Shown: piece by piece, positions 22,620 to 31,385 of the stretch
Position numbering within the stretch: position 1 is the first letter of the stretch
Layout: each line of letters opens with the position of its first letter
Assembly: GCA_965228895.1 (NCBI GenBank)
Contig: OZ245842.1
Span: forward strand, 5,024,001-5,088,000
From: Alphaproteobacteria bacterium
GTDB lineage: Bacteria; Pseudomonadota; Alphaproteobacteria; SP197
Length of the DNA stretch: 64,000 nt
Reading direction: 5' to 3'
Position numbers and translations under genes: made by a program
The notes under the pieces: model-generated
Told to the model about the DNA's origin: nothing
Seen by the model: the letters and a program-made list of their open reading frames with translations, nothing else
Databases searched by the model: none

Positions 22620-23773
22620 AGCAGCACCTCGTCCAGCACCCGGCCCTCGGCCCGGTGGGCGGAAAAGCCCATCAGCGCGGCAACCGTCGCCGCGATCTCC
22701 GTCTGATCGGTCGCTTTGTCGAGAACCCGGTCGCGCACGATGCCCGGGCCGAACATCAAGGCCCAGATCTCATGCGCGGAGCGGGTGTTAAAGTGGTGCT
22801 GGAACGGCACGCTGAGCAGCGGGTTGGCGTCACGTCCACAGTCGGGCACGACGACAAACACCGTCCGGTCGCGATAGGCGGGGTCCGCGTCGACATGGGC
22901 GACCAGGCGTTCGAGGTCGCGATCGATCGCAGCAATGGCGCGCGTGTAGTGCGACGCGTTGCCCCAGTGCACGTAGTCGGGATCCTGATAGTTGATCATC
23001 ATCAGGCGCGGTTTGAGGTGGCGTAGCGCCCACATGGCAAGCTCGGTCAACGCGGCATCGCCCCGGGGGTTCTTCAAGCCGTCATCGCCATAGAAGGCGT
23101 GCCAGCGCCGCCACATGGTCTCGATCGCCGGCGACTGGGCGCCGGCGGAACCACGCGTATCCTTCGCCTTCAGATCTTGAAGCGCCGCTTCTAGATGCAC
23201 GCGCTCTTCATCGGATAGGTCAGGATCGGTCAGCTTGTTGCGCAGGCGCCACAACTTGAAACGGTAGAGACTCAGGACCTCGCTGCGGAAGGCGACACCG
23301 TGGCTTTCGTGCACGCCATAGGACAGAAACTCCTCCTGCAGCCGGTCTTCCCCGTTAATCAGGATCGATTGATGGGCCGGCACCGCGAAGGCGCGGCGAA
23401 AGTATTCGAACAGCGTCGGTTCGGTCGGCTCCAGATTGCCGCCAAGACCGGGGCCGGGTATCGCGCGATAGGCGCGGTAACGTCCGGTCAGGATGTTGAC
23501 CGTCCCTTCCGCGTGGCTGGTGTCGACCCCGTCCAGCTGAGCGATCGTCATCGACGGGATCAGGACGCCGCGACGGACCAGGACATTGGCCAGGACGGGC
23601 GCATAGGTGGTGACCGGCTCGATCGTCTCGCGCCGGCGCACACCGCCGCCAAACCGCACAACGATCAGATTGGGTCCGTCATAAAGGCCCTGCGCCAAGC
23701 TCGAGCCGGGCATCGCGGCAGTGGCCAATCCACCGCCCAGACCGGCCAGTATCTCTCGACGGTTCATGCGCAT
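22616..23773 (-). CDS. Tat-exported protein, probable alkaline-phosphatase superfamily fold
   Basis: NRREIL twin-arginine signal; VVRFGGGVR, TSH, DPDYVHWG, VVPDCGR resemble AP-core motifs. Confidence 0.6.
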   Translation of the reverse strand: MRMNRREILAGLGGGLATAAMPGSSLAQGLYDGPNLIVVRFGGGVRRRETIEPVTTYAPVLANVLVRRGVLIPSMTIAQLDGVDTSHAEGTVNILTGRYRAYRAIPGPGLGGNLEPTEPTLFEYFRRAFAVPAHQSILINGEDRLQEEFLSYGVHESHGVAFRSEVLSLYRFKLWRLRNKLTDPDLSDEERVHLEAALQDLKAKDTRGSAGAQSPAIETMWRRWHAFYGDDGLKNPRGDAALTELAMWALRHLKPRLMMINYQDPDYVHWGNASHYTRAIAAIDRDLERLVAHVDADPAYRDRTVFVVVPDCGRDANPLLSVPFQHHFNTRSAHEIWALMFGPGIVRDRVLDKATDQTEIAATVAALMGFSAHRAEGRVLDEVLL

Positions 23774-23816
23774 CGAACAGCGTGCCCCGCTGGTTCGTCC
23801 AGCAAACCGCCCCTGC

Positions 23817-23902
23817 AGCAGAACCCGTTTTGGTGGAATCGCTTCGAGAAACCGTCAAGACGAATGAATCTGCTCTACCCATCGATAGAGAGCGGATCGT
23901 GG
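23817..23902. repeat. Degenerate copy of the REP-like palindromic element found at 62528-62656
   Basis: GAGAGCGGATCGTGG (23888-23902) is identical to 62528-62542; TGAATCTGCTCT (23865-23876) matches 62579-62590 with 1 mismatch. Confidence 0.5.
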
Positions 23903-23990
23903 CATGATACGGGCAACATGGCGCCGGACCTACACACCGGCGTCACAGCTGTCACGATTTGGCGCCACGCCCGTAGCCGAGTGCTTTGAA

Positions 23991-24818
23991 TCAGCCGGCG
24001 ATCTTCAACAGTGGCTGCCGGTTGACGCGACCGAACAGGTGGCGCTGGGTTTCCTCGCTGCCGATGACCCCCGGTTTTTCGCAGTAGCTGAGCAGCGCGA
24101 TGCATCGCCACGTACCCGGCGCCGGCGCGGTGACCCGGTGCATGGAATGGCGGCCTTCGAAAAACTGCAGGTCGCCGGGCCGCATATCCAGGTCAACCAC
24201 CCTGTCCGATCTACCGTCGAGCACGGCGGTGACATCGTCGTAGTGCTCGTCCTCGTCACTGCGCAGATAGGGCGCATACTGAAAACGGCCGCCTTCCTGC
24301 GGTTCGTGAACCAGAACCGAGACGACAAAATGGGTGACGTCGAAATGCCAAGGCAACGCTTCGTCCGCTTCCTGAATCGACAGCGCGCAGGCGCCCAGGG
24401 GATCGGCATAGGGATAGAGCACGTCGACACCGGCGACCCGGCGCACGAACTCGGTCATGGCGGGCGTTTCGTAGAGCAGGCGCGTCGGCGACTGGTCGCC
24501 GAGCATGTCGTAGCCGACAAACCGGTTGCGGCGGGGTGCGTGTCTGGTGCGTGGATGACCGTCCGGCCAGTCGCCATCGGCATGCTGGTAGGGCGGATAG
24601 GGCCAAAAAGCCCGTTCGACGGGGATAGTCGTGTCGCGCAGGCGTTCGCCTTCGGCCGCCATGATGGCCGCGGCTTCGGGCAGCACGAAACCCTTTAGAA
24701 CCGCGCATCCGTCGTCGGCCAGACCGGCCCTCGCCTCGGCGACCGCGCGTTCGAACCCCGGACTGTCAAGGTCGTGGATGGGATACCGCGCTACATCAAC
24801 AATGCTGTCCAAAGCCAT
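23991..24818 (-). CDS. Fe(II)/2-oxoglutarate oxygenase, BesD/HalD-like, hydroxylase-type HxD triad
   Basis: LPWHFD, EGGRFQY.P.LR, PGDLQFFEGRHSMHRV. Confidence 0.75.
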   Translation of the reverse strand: MALDSIVDVARYPIHDLDSPGFERAVAEARAGLADDGCAVLKGFVLPEAAAIMAAEGERLRDTTIPVERAFWPYPPYQHADGDWPDGHPRTRHAPRRNRFVGYDMLGDQSPTRLLYETPAMTEFVRRVAGVDVLYPYADPLGACALSIQEADEALPWHFDVTHFVVSVLVHEPQEGGRFQYAPYLRSDEDEHYDDVTAVLDGRSDRVVDLDMRPGDLQFFEGRHSMHRVTAPAPGTWRCIALLSYCEKPGVIGSEETQRHLFGRVNRQPLLKIAG

Positions 24819-24910
24819 CGCCCTGCCCCGCACAACGTTGTGTCCGGCACCACGCTACGGTCAGCCGGGATTGAATGGGAAGCACTTTTCGTAGGCGGTG
24901 TGACGCGTGA

Positions 24911-24937
24911 CGTCACAAACCAGGAATGCGGATCGTC
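24911..24937 (+). promoter_or_regulatory. ECF41 (SigJ)-dependent promoter
   Basis: CGTCACA-N16-CGTC vs the ECF41 consensus TGTCACA-N16-CGTC, 41 bp before the CMD gene. Confidence 0.8.
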
Positions 24938-24978
24938 ATAGAGGTATCAGCCCACTCACCACATAACGAGACAACACC

Positions 24979-25410
24979 ATGAGCGATACGACAGCGGTGC
25001 GTTACGATCAGGAGATACCCGACATCCTGACGGCCATGGCGGGCGTCCACGACGTCATGAAGGGCCATGGTCTTGAACCGACGCTTCACCACCTCGTGCA
25101 GCTTCGGGCATCGCAGATCAACCGTTGCGGTTTCTGCATCAAGATGCACCTCAAGGAGGCGCGCGATGACGGCGAAACCGACGCGCGGCTCGACCGTGTC
25201 ATCGTCTGGGATCAGGTGAACGATTTCACCGATCGCGAGAAAGCAGCGCTCGCCTGGACCGAAGCGCTCACCGACCTCGATCCCCATGCCGATCTCGCTT
25301 CCCTGCGCGCCCGGCTACGGCAACACTTTTCCGAGAACGAGATTGGTGTTCTGACCGCCGCCGTCGCCATGATCAACATGTGGAACCGCATCAATGGCTC
25401 AAGGCACTGA
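24979..25410 (+). CDS. Carboxymuconolactone decarboxylase/AhpD-like protein
   Basis: LRASQINRCGFCIKMH, EKAALAWTEALT, INMWNR. Confidence 0.93.
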   Translation: MSDTTAVRYDQEIPDILTAMAGVHDVMKGHGLEPTLHHLVQLRASQINRCGFCIKMHLKEARDDGETDARLDRVIVWDQVNDFTDREKAALAWTEALTDLDPHADLASLRARLRQHFSENEIGVLTAAVAMINMWNRINGSRH

Positions 25411-25411
25411 C

Positions 25412-26299
25412 ATGGTCGATCAAGACGACATCCAGGTGTTCGAGGATGCGCGGCCGAACCTGTTGGGTCTCGCCTATCGCATCCTCGGCACGATGACAGA
25501 GGCCGAGGACGCGGTTCAGGACACCTTCGTCAAATGGGCGAAGGCGAAGCGGTCGGCAATCGACAACAAGCCGGCGTGGCTGACCACGGTCTGCACGCGC
25601 CGTTGTCTCGACCTGCTACGGTCGGCCCACCGCGCGCGCGAACACTATGTCGGCGCGTGGCTGCCGGAACCCATCCACACATCGGTCGAGCATGAAGGCG
25701 ACCAAAAACTCGACATGGCGTCGTCACTGACGACCGCGTTTTTGTTGATGCTGGAACGTCTCACGCCGAAAGAGCGCGCGGCCTATCTGCTTCACGAAAT
25801 CTTCGATGTCGCCTATCCGGAAATCGCCGACACCTTGGCGATCAAGGAACCGACTTGCCGCAAGCTGGTGTCGCGCGCCAAGGCGCATATCGACCAGGCG
25901 GACATCCGCCATCAAACCCCCGTGGCGCAGCAGGAAGCCTTCCTGGAGGCCTTCCAGACGGCGGTGACCAGCGGCGCCACCGAGCCGCTGGCAGCGCTGC
26001 TATCGCGCGACGTCAGGCTCAGCACCGACGGCGGCGGCAAGGTACCGGCGATCCTCGAGATCCTGGAGGGCAGGGCCGATGTGATGGCTTTCATGGAAGA
26101 AGGCCTGCACACGTTCTGGGCCGGCTGCCAATGGCATGTCGTCGACATCAACGGCGCGCGCGGCGTCGTCATCAAACACGACGACACGACCCAGGCCGTC
26201 GCCTCTTTCGCTTATGACGCCAACGGCCAGGCGACCGACATCTTCATCATGCGCAATCCCGACAAACTCGCCCATCTCGGTGCGATTGCGATCCACTGA
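25412..26299 (+). CDS. sigJ: ECF41 family sigma factor (SigJ-like) with SnoaL-like C-terminal extension
   Basis: YVGAWLPEP, DGGGK and NPDKL signature motifs. Confidence 0.93.
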   Translation: MVDQDDIQVFEDARPNLLGLAYRILGTMTEAEDAVQDTFVKWAKAKRSAIDNKPAWLTTVCTRRCLDLLRSAHRAREHYVGAWLPEPIHTSVEHEGDQKLDMASSLTTAFLLMLERLTPKERAAYLLHEIFDVAYPEIADTLAIKEPTCRKLVSRAKAHIDQADIRHQTPVAQQEAFLEAFQTAVTSGATEPLAALLSRDVRLSTDGGGKVPAILEILEGRADVMAFMEEGLHTFWAGCQWHVVDINGARGVVIKHDDTTQAVASFAYDANGQATDIFIMRNPDKLAHLGAIAIH

Positions 26300-26808
26300 T
26301 GCCAAGACCGAAACGCGCACCAATAACCATGCTTCTCAAAACATGTTTAGCCGGAGCCATCGCCATCATGAGTCTCTTTGTTCCGACCATCACCGACGCC
26401 GACGATGCCACCCTGTCGATTATCAACCCGCCGGGTTTGTTCGACCCCGCGCCCAACGGTTTCAGCCATGCGGTTGTCGCCAGCGATGTCAGCAAGCTTG
26501 TCTTCATTGCCGGACAGGGCGGTGAAGACGAGACCGGTTTGTTGTCGCCTGATTTCGCCAATCAGGTGAATCAGGCTTACAAGAACCTCGCCATCGCGTT
26601 GCATGCCGGCGGCGCGAAACCCCATGATGTCACCAAATTGACGACCTATGTGGTCGACTACGATCCCGCCAAGCTTGATCTGATGACGCGCCACATCAAG
26701 GCGATGTTCGGCGACAGGCTACCGGCCCAGACCCTGGTGCCGGTGCCGCGTCTGGCCCTCGACGGCATGCTGTTCGAGGTCGAGGCCTACGCCGTCATCG
26801 GCCGCTAA
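26299..26808 (+). CDS. RidA/YjgF family protein with hydrophobic N-terminal extension (start uncertain; 26329 alternative)
   Basis: FSHAV, FIAGQGG, PAQTLVPVPRLA, LFEVEA. Confidence 0.85.
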   Translation: MPRPKRAPITMLLKTCLAGAIAIMSLFVPTITDADDATLSIINPPGLFDPAPNGFSHAVVASDVSKLVFIAGQGGEDETGLLSPDFANQVNQAYKNLAIALHAGGAKPHDVTKLTTYVVDYDPAKLDLMTRHIKAMFGDRLPAQTLVPVPRLALDGMLFEVEAYAVIGR

Positions 26809-26843
26809 GGTCGGAGCATAAACGCCGGCCACGACCGGTGGAT

Positions 26844-26869
26844 CGCGGAAGCTGACGACAGCTTCCGCG
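26844..26869. terminator. Perfect 11-bp hairpin between the convergent RidA and rho genes
   Basis: CGCGGAAGCTG-ACGA-CAGCTTCCGCG; no clear U tract. Confidence 0.45.
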
Positions 26870-26901
26870 CACCTGTTCGGACGTCTTGGATGATGCTGTC
26901 G

Positions 26902-26934
26902 AAACGGCGGCGTCCTCAAACAAGGACGCCGCCG
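26902..26934 (-). terminator. Hairpin immediately after the rho stop codon
   Basis: CGGCGGCGTCCT-N6-AGGACGCCGCCG, followed by TTT on the minus strand. Confidence 0.65.
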
Positions 26935-26941
26935 AATTCAA

Positions 26942-28246
26942 CTAGGTGTTCATGGAGTCGAAGAAGTCGTCGTTGTTTTTCGTGTGCTTGAGCTTGTCGA
27001 GCAGGAACTCGATGGCATCGACCGCACCCATGGGCATCAGGATCCGGCGCAGCACCCACATCTTGGCGAGCTGGCCCTTGCCGACCAGAAGCTCTTCCTT
27101 GCGGGTGCCGGACTTGCCGACATCGATGGCCGGGAAGATACGCTTGTCGGCGATCTTGCGGTCCATGACGATCTCGGAGTTACCCGTGCCCTTGAACTCT
27201 TCGAAGATGACCTCGTCCATGCGGCTGCCGGTATCGATCAGCGCAGTCGCGATGATGGTCATCGAGCCGCCGCCCTCGATGTTACGGGCGGCGCCGAAGA
27301 AACGTTTCGGGCGCTGCAGGGCGTTGGCGTCGACACCGCCGGTCAGAACCTTGCCGGACGACGGCACAACGGTGTTGTAGGCACGCGCCAGGCGCGTGAT
27401 CGAGTCGAGCAGGATGACGACATCGCGCTTCTGTTCGACCAGGCGCTTGGCCTTTTCGATCACCATCTCGGCAACCGCGACGTGGCGGCCGGCGGGTTCG
27501 TCAAAGGTCGAGCTGATGACCTCGCCCTTCACCGAACGCTGCATGTCCGTCACTTCTTCCGGACGTTCGTCGATCAAGAGCACCATCAAGAAGACTTCGG
27601 GATGGTTCGCCTCGATCGCGTGGGCGATGTTCTGCATCAAAACCGTCTTACCGGCGCGCGGCGGCGAGGTAAGCAACGCGCGCTGGCCTTTGCCGAGCGG
27701 CGAGACCAGTTCGATGATGCGGGTCGACAGATCCTTCTTGGTGGGATCGTCGAGTTCCAGGTTCAGTTTTTCTTCCGGATAGAGCGGCGTCAGGTTGTCG
27801 AAGGTGACGCGGTGGCGCGTGGTCTCCGGCTCCTCGAAGTTGATGTTCGAGACCTTCAAGAGCGCGAAGTAGCGTTCGTTGTCTTTCGGCGCCCGGATCT
27901 GGCCCTCGACGGTGTCGCCGGTCTTCAGCGCAAAGCGCCGGATCTGACTGGGGCTGACATAGATGTCGTCGGGACCGGGCAGGTAGTTGGCTTCCGGGCT
28001 TCTGAGGAAACCGAAGCCGTCCTGCAGCACCTCCAACACGCCTTCGCCGAAAATCGGCACATCCTGATCGGCGTATTCCTTCAGGATCGCGAACATCAGA
28101 TCCTGTTTTCGAAGGACACTGGCGTTCTCGACACCGAGTTGCTCGCCGTATTCCAGCAGCTCTTCGGGCTTCTTGTTCTTCAGTTCTTGTAGATTGAGCT
28201 GTTCAAGCTCCGGGGGGCTTTTTGCTTCTGCTTCGCTAGCGGCCAT
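26942..28246 (-). CDS. rho: Transcription termination factor Rho
   Basis: [34 protein letters not shown]. Confidence 0.99.
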   Translation of the reverse strand: MAASEAEAKSPPELEQLNLQELKNKKPEELLEYGEQLGVENASVLRKQDLMFAILKEYADQDVPIFGEGVLEVLQDGFGFLRSPEANYLPGPDDIYVSPSQIRRFALKTGDTVEGQIRAPKDNERYFALLKVSNINFEEPETTRHRVTFDNLTPLYPEEKLNLELDDPTKKDLSTRIIELVSPLGKGQRALLTSPPRAGKTVLMQNIAHAIEANHPEVFLMVLLIDERPEEVTDMQRSVKGEVISSTFDEPAGRHVAVAEMVIEKAKRLVEQKRDVVILLDSITRLARAYNTVVPSSGKVLTGGVDANALQRPKRFFGAARNIEGGGSMTIIATALIDTGSRMDEVIFEEFKGTGNSEIVMDRKIADKRIFPAIDVGKSGTRKEELLVGKGQLAKMWVLRRILMPMGAVDAIEFLLDKLKHTKNNDDFFDSMNT

Positions 28247-28453
28247 TTGTTATGCCTGACGCGGCGGTCCTAACGGATCGCCTTCCATGGAGGGTTGGGA
28301 AATCTTGCTCAGCCACCGCCTGGTCGCGGCTTAATCGGACATCTTTCAGGCCAAGGACGGCCTATGTCGGGCTGGTTTAGATAAGATACCTAAGAAATAG
28401 GGGCGGCTGGGCGAAGAGTCAAACAACAATCGTGCAACAGTCTGCCGTTTCAA

Positions 28454-28900
28454 TCAGAACGGCTTGGCCACGGCAAGAAGCACAATTGCAATCATGACGA
28501 GTGTCGGCGCTTCGTTCATGAACTTGTAGAAACGCGGCGCCCGGGTGTTGCGGTCTTCGGCAAACGCCCGCCGCCAGCGGGCAAAGAACATGTGCAGCAC
28601 CGTCATGGCGACAATCAAGACGACTTTCACATGCCACCAGCCTTCCTGCCAGATGCCCGGCCAACGTGCGATGACAAGCGCAATGCCGAAGACATAGGCC
28701 GCAATCATGGCGGGATTCATGATTGCTCTAAGAAGGCGTCGCTCCATGGTCTTGAACGTTTCCGACATCGCCGAGCCGGGTTCAGCGGAAGCGTGGTAGA
28801 CGAAGAGGCGCGGCAGATAGAGCAGGCCTGCCATCCAGGCGATGACGGCGATGATGTGGAGCGCCTTGATCCACTGATAGTTGTCGATCAGGAAGTCCAT
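28454..28900 (-). CDS. hemJ: Protoporphyrinogen oxidase HemJ
   Basis: WIKALH, WMAGLLYLPRLFVYH, MERRLL, NEAPT, KPF; ATG 28900. Confidence 0.95.
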   Translation of the reverse strand: MDFLIDNYQWIKALHIIAVIAWMAGLLYLPRLFVYHASAEPGSAMSETFKTMERRLLRAIMNPAMIAAYVFGIALVIARWPGIWQEGWWHVKVVLIVAMTVLHMFFARWRRAFAEDRNTRAPRFYKFMNEAPTLVMIAIVLLAVAKPF

Positions 28901-28901
28901 C

Positions 28902-29930
28902 TCAGGCCTGTCGGCAGGGACATTTCGCCCAATCCTGTGGGCACAAGCGTGCCCCGGTGTTACTCGCCGGATCGTTGTCGCGGGCAAAAGCTGCCCCGAC
29001 AAGCCCGGCCAAACCATTGATGAAGGCCGGTTGCGTCTTCAAGGCGGGCACCCGGATATAGGTCTTCACCCCCGCTTTCCTGGCCATGTCCGCGTATTCG
29101 ATGTCGAGTTCGACCAGGGTTTCAGAGTGTTCGGAGACAAACGCGATGGGAATCACGATGACTCCCAGGCTCTCCTTGCCGGCGCGTTTGATCTCGTCGT
29201 CGGTCGACGGCCCGATCCAGGTCAAAGGCCCGACGCGGCTTTGGTAACAGACCAGCCAATCAAGCTCCGGACGACCGACCGCGGTCATTACCGCGTTTGC
29301 CGTCTGCTCGACCTGCCACTGATAGGGATCGCCATCCTTGACGATCTTCTCCGGCAAGCCGTGTGCTGAAAACAGCAGGCGGACCGGGCGGTCTGCCGCT
29401 TCTTCCAGCGCCTCGTTCACCAGCTTGGCCTGTGCTGCGATCAGGCCGGCTTCGGTCGGATAACAACAGATCGTGTGAGTCGGCACGTCGAGCCCAGCCG
29501 CACGAGCCGCGCGCTTCCACTCACGCACGGACGAAGCCGTCGTCGTCGTTGAGTACTGCGGGTAGAGCGGCAACAAGACGACCCGATCGGGCGCGAACTC
29601 CTTGACCTGGCCAACGACTTCCTCAGCCATCGGATGCCAGTAGCGCATGGCGACAAAGACCCTGGCCTGATCATCGTTCAATACCTGCTGGAGCGCGCGC
29701 GCCTGATCCCAGGTCTGTTCCAGAAGCGGCGATTTGCCGCCGATATGGCCATAGATCTCGCGCGCCTGTTTTTGCCGGCGGTGGCTGATCAGATGCGCCA
29801 GAAACGGGCGCAACGGCCAGGGCAGACCGATGATCGCGGGATCGTTGAACAGGTTGGCCAGGAACGGCTGGATGGCATCGGGCCGGTCGGGACCACCCAG
29901 ATTGAACAGGATAACGGCCGTGCGGGTCAT
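28902..29930 (-). CDS. hemH: Ferrochelatase
   Basis: NLGGP, PLYPQYS, FSAHGLP, YQSRVGP, FVSEHSETLVELD. Confidence 0.98.
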   Translation of the reverse strand: MTRTAVILFNLGGPDRPDAIQPFLANLFNDPAIIGLPWPLRPFLAHLISHRRQKQAREIYGHIGGKSPLLEQTWDQARALQQVLNDDQARVFVAMRYWHPMAEEVVGQVKEFAPDRVVLLPLYPQYSTTTTASSVREWKRAARAAGLDVPTHTICCYPTEAGLIAAQAKLVNEALEEAADRPVRLLFSAHGLPEKIVKDGDPYQWQVEQTANAVMTAVGRPELDWLVCYQSRVGPLTWIGPSTDDEIKRAGKESLGVIVIPIAFVSEHSETLVELDIEYADMARKAGVKTYIRVPALKTQPAFINGLAGLVGAAFARDNDPASNTGARLCPQDWAKCPCRQA

Positions 29931-31015
29931 TCCGCCGCCTCAAGATCTGCCTGGCGGACGATCTCGACCAGCTCGGCCACATGCTCCGGCGGCGTCGGCG
30001 GCATCACGCCGTGGCCGAGATTGAAGATGTGCGGCCCACCGGCAAGCGCCGCACGGATCGCGCGGATCTGCGCGGTCATGGCCGCACCGCCGGCAAGCAG
30101 CAGGACGGGATCGAGATTGCCCTGGATCGTGACATCGCGCTGCAGACGGGCGGCTTCATCAAGCGGGACCCCATGGTCCATCTGGAGGCCCGCACAACCG
30201 GTTTTCTCGACATACGTGCCGTACAGATAACCGGCGCCACGGGGGAAACCGATAACCGGAACGCCCGGGTGGCTTTGGGCCAAAGCGCCCACGATCGCCG
30301 CAGCCGGCCGGGTGCACCAGGTCTCGAACGCCGAGGCCGAGAGAATGCCGGCCCAGCTGTCGAACAGCTGGACACAATCGGCGCCGGCGTCGATCTGATG
30401 GCGCAAGAGGTCGATCACGGCATCGGTCAGGAGATCGATCAACCGATGAAAGCTCTCGGGATCGCCGGCCGCCCAGCATCGCGCCGCGGCGAAGTCTTTC
30501 GACCCGCCGCCCTCGGCCATGTAGGCCGCCAGGGTCCACGGCGCACCGGCGAAGCCGATCAAGGTCGTCATGGGATCAAGCTCAGCCTTGACCCGACCCA
30601 CCGTCTCGAAGACCGGCGCCAGATGGTCGGCCAGACGGTCCGGCTGCAGCGACGCGAGGTCACCCGGACCGATCGGCTCGAGAACCGGGCCTTCACCGGT
30701 CGCAAACCGCACCGGTTGGCCCAAAGCGTCCGGGATGACCAGAATGTCGGAGAACAGGATGGCAGCGTCCAAACCGAAGCGCCGGATTGGCTGCAAGGTT
30801 ATTTCTGTCGCTAAATCAGGCGTATAGCAGGTTGTCAGGAAGTCTGGCGCGCTCTGGCGCAAGGCCCTGTACTCCGGCAGATAACGCCCGGCCTGGCGCA
30901 TCAGCCAGATCGGCGCGGGCGAGACGGCTTCGCCGCCTAGCGCACGCAAGATGGGCTTGGCCGGTTGGGTCGATGGCGATGGATCTGACGTTGTCACGAG
31001 GCGGGGATACACCAT
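29927..31015 (-). CDS. hemE: Uroporphyrinogen decarboxylase
   Basis: WLMRQAGRYLPEY, FSDIL, GFAGAPWT, FNLGHG. Confidence 0.98.
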   Translation of the reverse strand: MVYPRLVTTSDPSPSTQPAKPILRALGGEAVSPAPIWLMRQAGRYLPEYRALRQSAPDFLTTCYTPDLATEITLQPIRRFGLDAAILFSDILVIPDALGQPVRFATGEGPVLEPIGPGDLASLQPDRLADHLAPVFETVGRVKAELDPMTTLIGFAGAPWTLAAYMAEGGGSKDFAAARCWAAGDPESFHRLIDLLTDAVIDLLRHQIDAGADCVQLFDSWAGILSASAFETWCTRPAAAIVGALAQSHPGVPVIGFPRGAGYLYGTYVEKTGCAGLQMDHGVPLDEAARLQRDVTIQGNLDPVLLLAGGAAMTAQIRAIRAALAGGPHIFNLGHGVMPPTPPEHVAELVEIVRQADLEAAE

Positions 31016-31385
31016 CCCTCTTCAATATAGAATTTAAAGAAAAGGTGGTTGTTGTAGTGAATCCACCCGGATTTCGGGGATAGATCGAAAGGGTCGTTTT
31101 ATCCCGCGTGCTGTCCCCATACGTGAAATGTCATCGCGTGGATCTGGGAATTAGGTGAACGACAGGTATCGACTCGCCGGTCCACCTTGATCGGCTCCCG
31201 GGACAACTTTGTGGATGCGTGATCGACGGCAGCGCCGCGGGAAAGCTGTCCGGTTTAACGGATGATGTTCTCCCCAGGGGGACGAATGGCCGGAGCATTT
31301 CTGGTTCACGGGCAAGAAATTTGTTATGGCGTGCCCAAGCGGCCAGTTATCCCCACAGGCGCAGCAAACTTCCGGACGAATCGGC
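31016..31385. other. oriC: Chromosomal replication origin oriC
   Basis: Canonical alphaproteobacterial position between hemE and the PPDK-regulator gene; AT-rich 31021-31043; DnaA-box-like TTATCCCCA (31347), TTCTCCCCA (31268), GCATCCACA (minus strand 31210-31218); GANTC at 31059, 31171, 31378. Confidence 0.85.

Noticed and set aside
23991-24818. Calling this enzyme a halogenase
   Set aside because: The HFD motif retains the Asp ligand that halogenases lack.
31326-31385. Upstream ATG for the PPDK-regulator ORF given in the track
   Set aside because: The extension runs through the oriC DnaA-box-like sequence; family similarity begins at GTG 31386.
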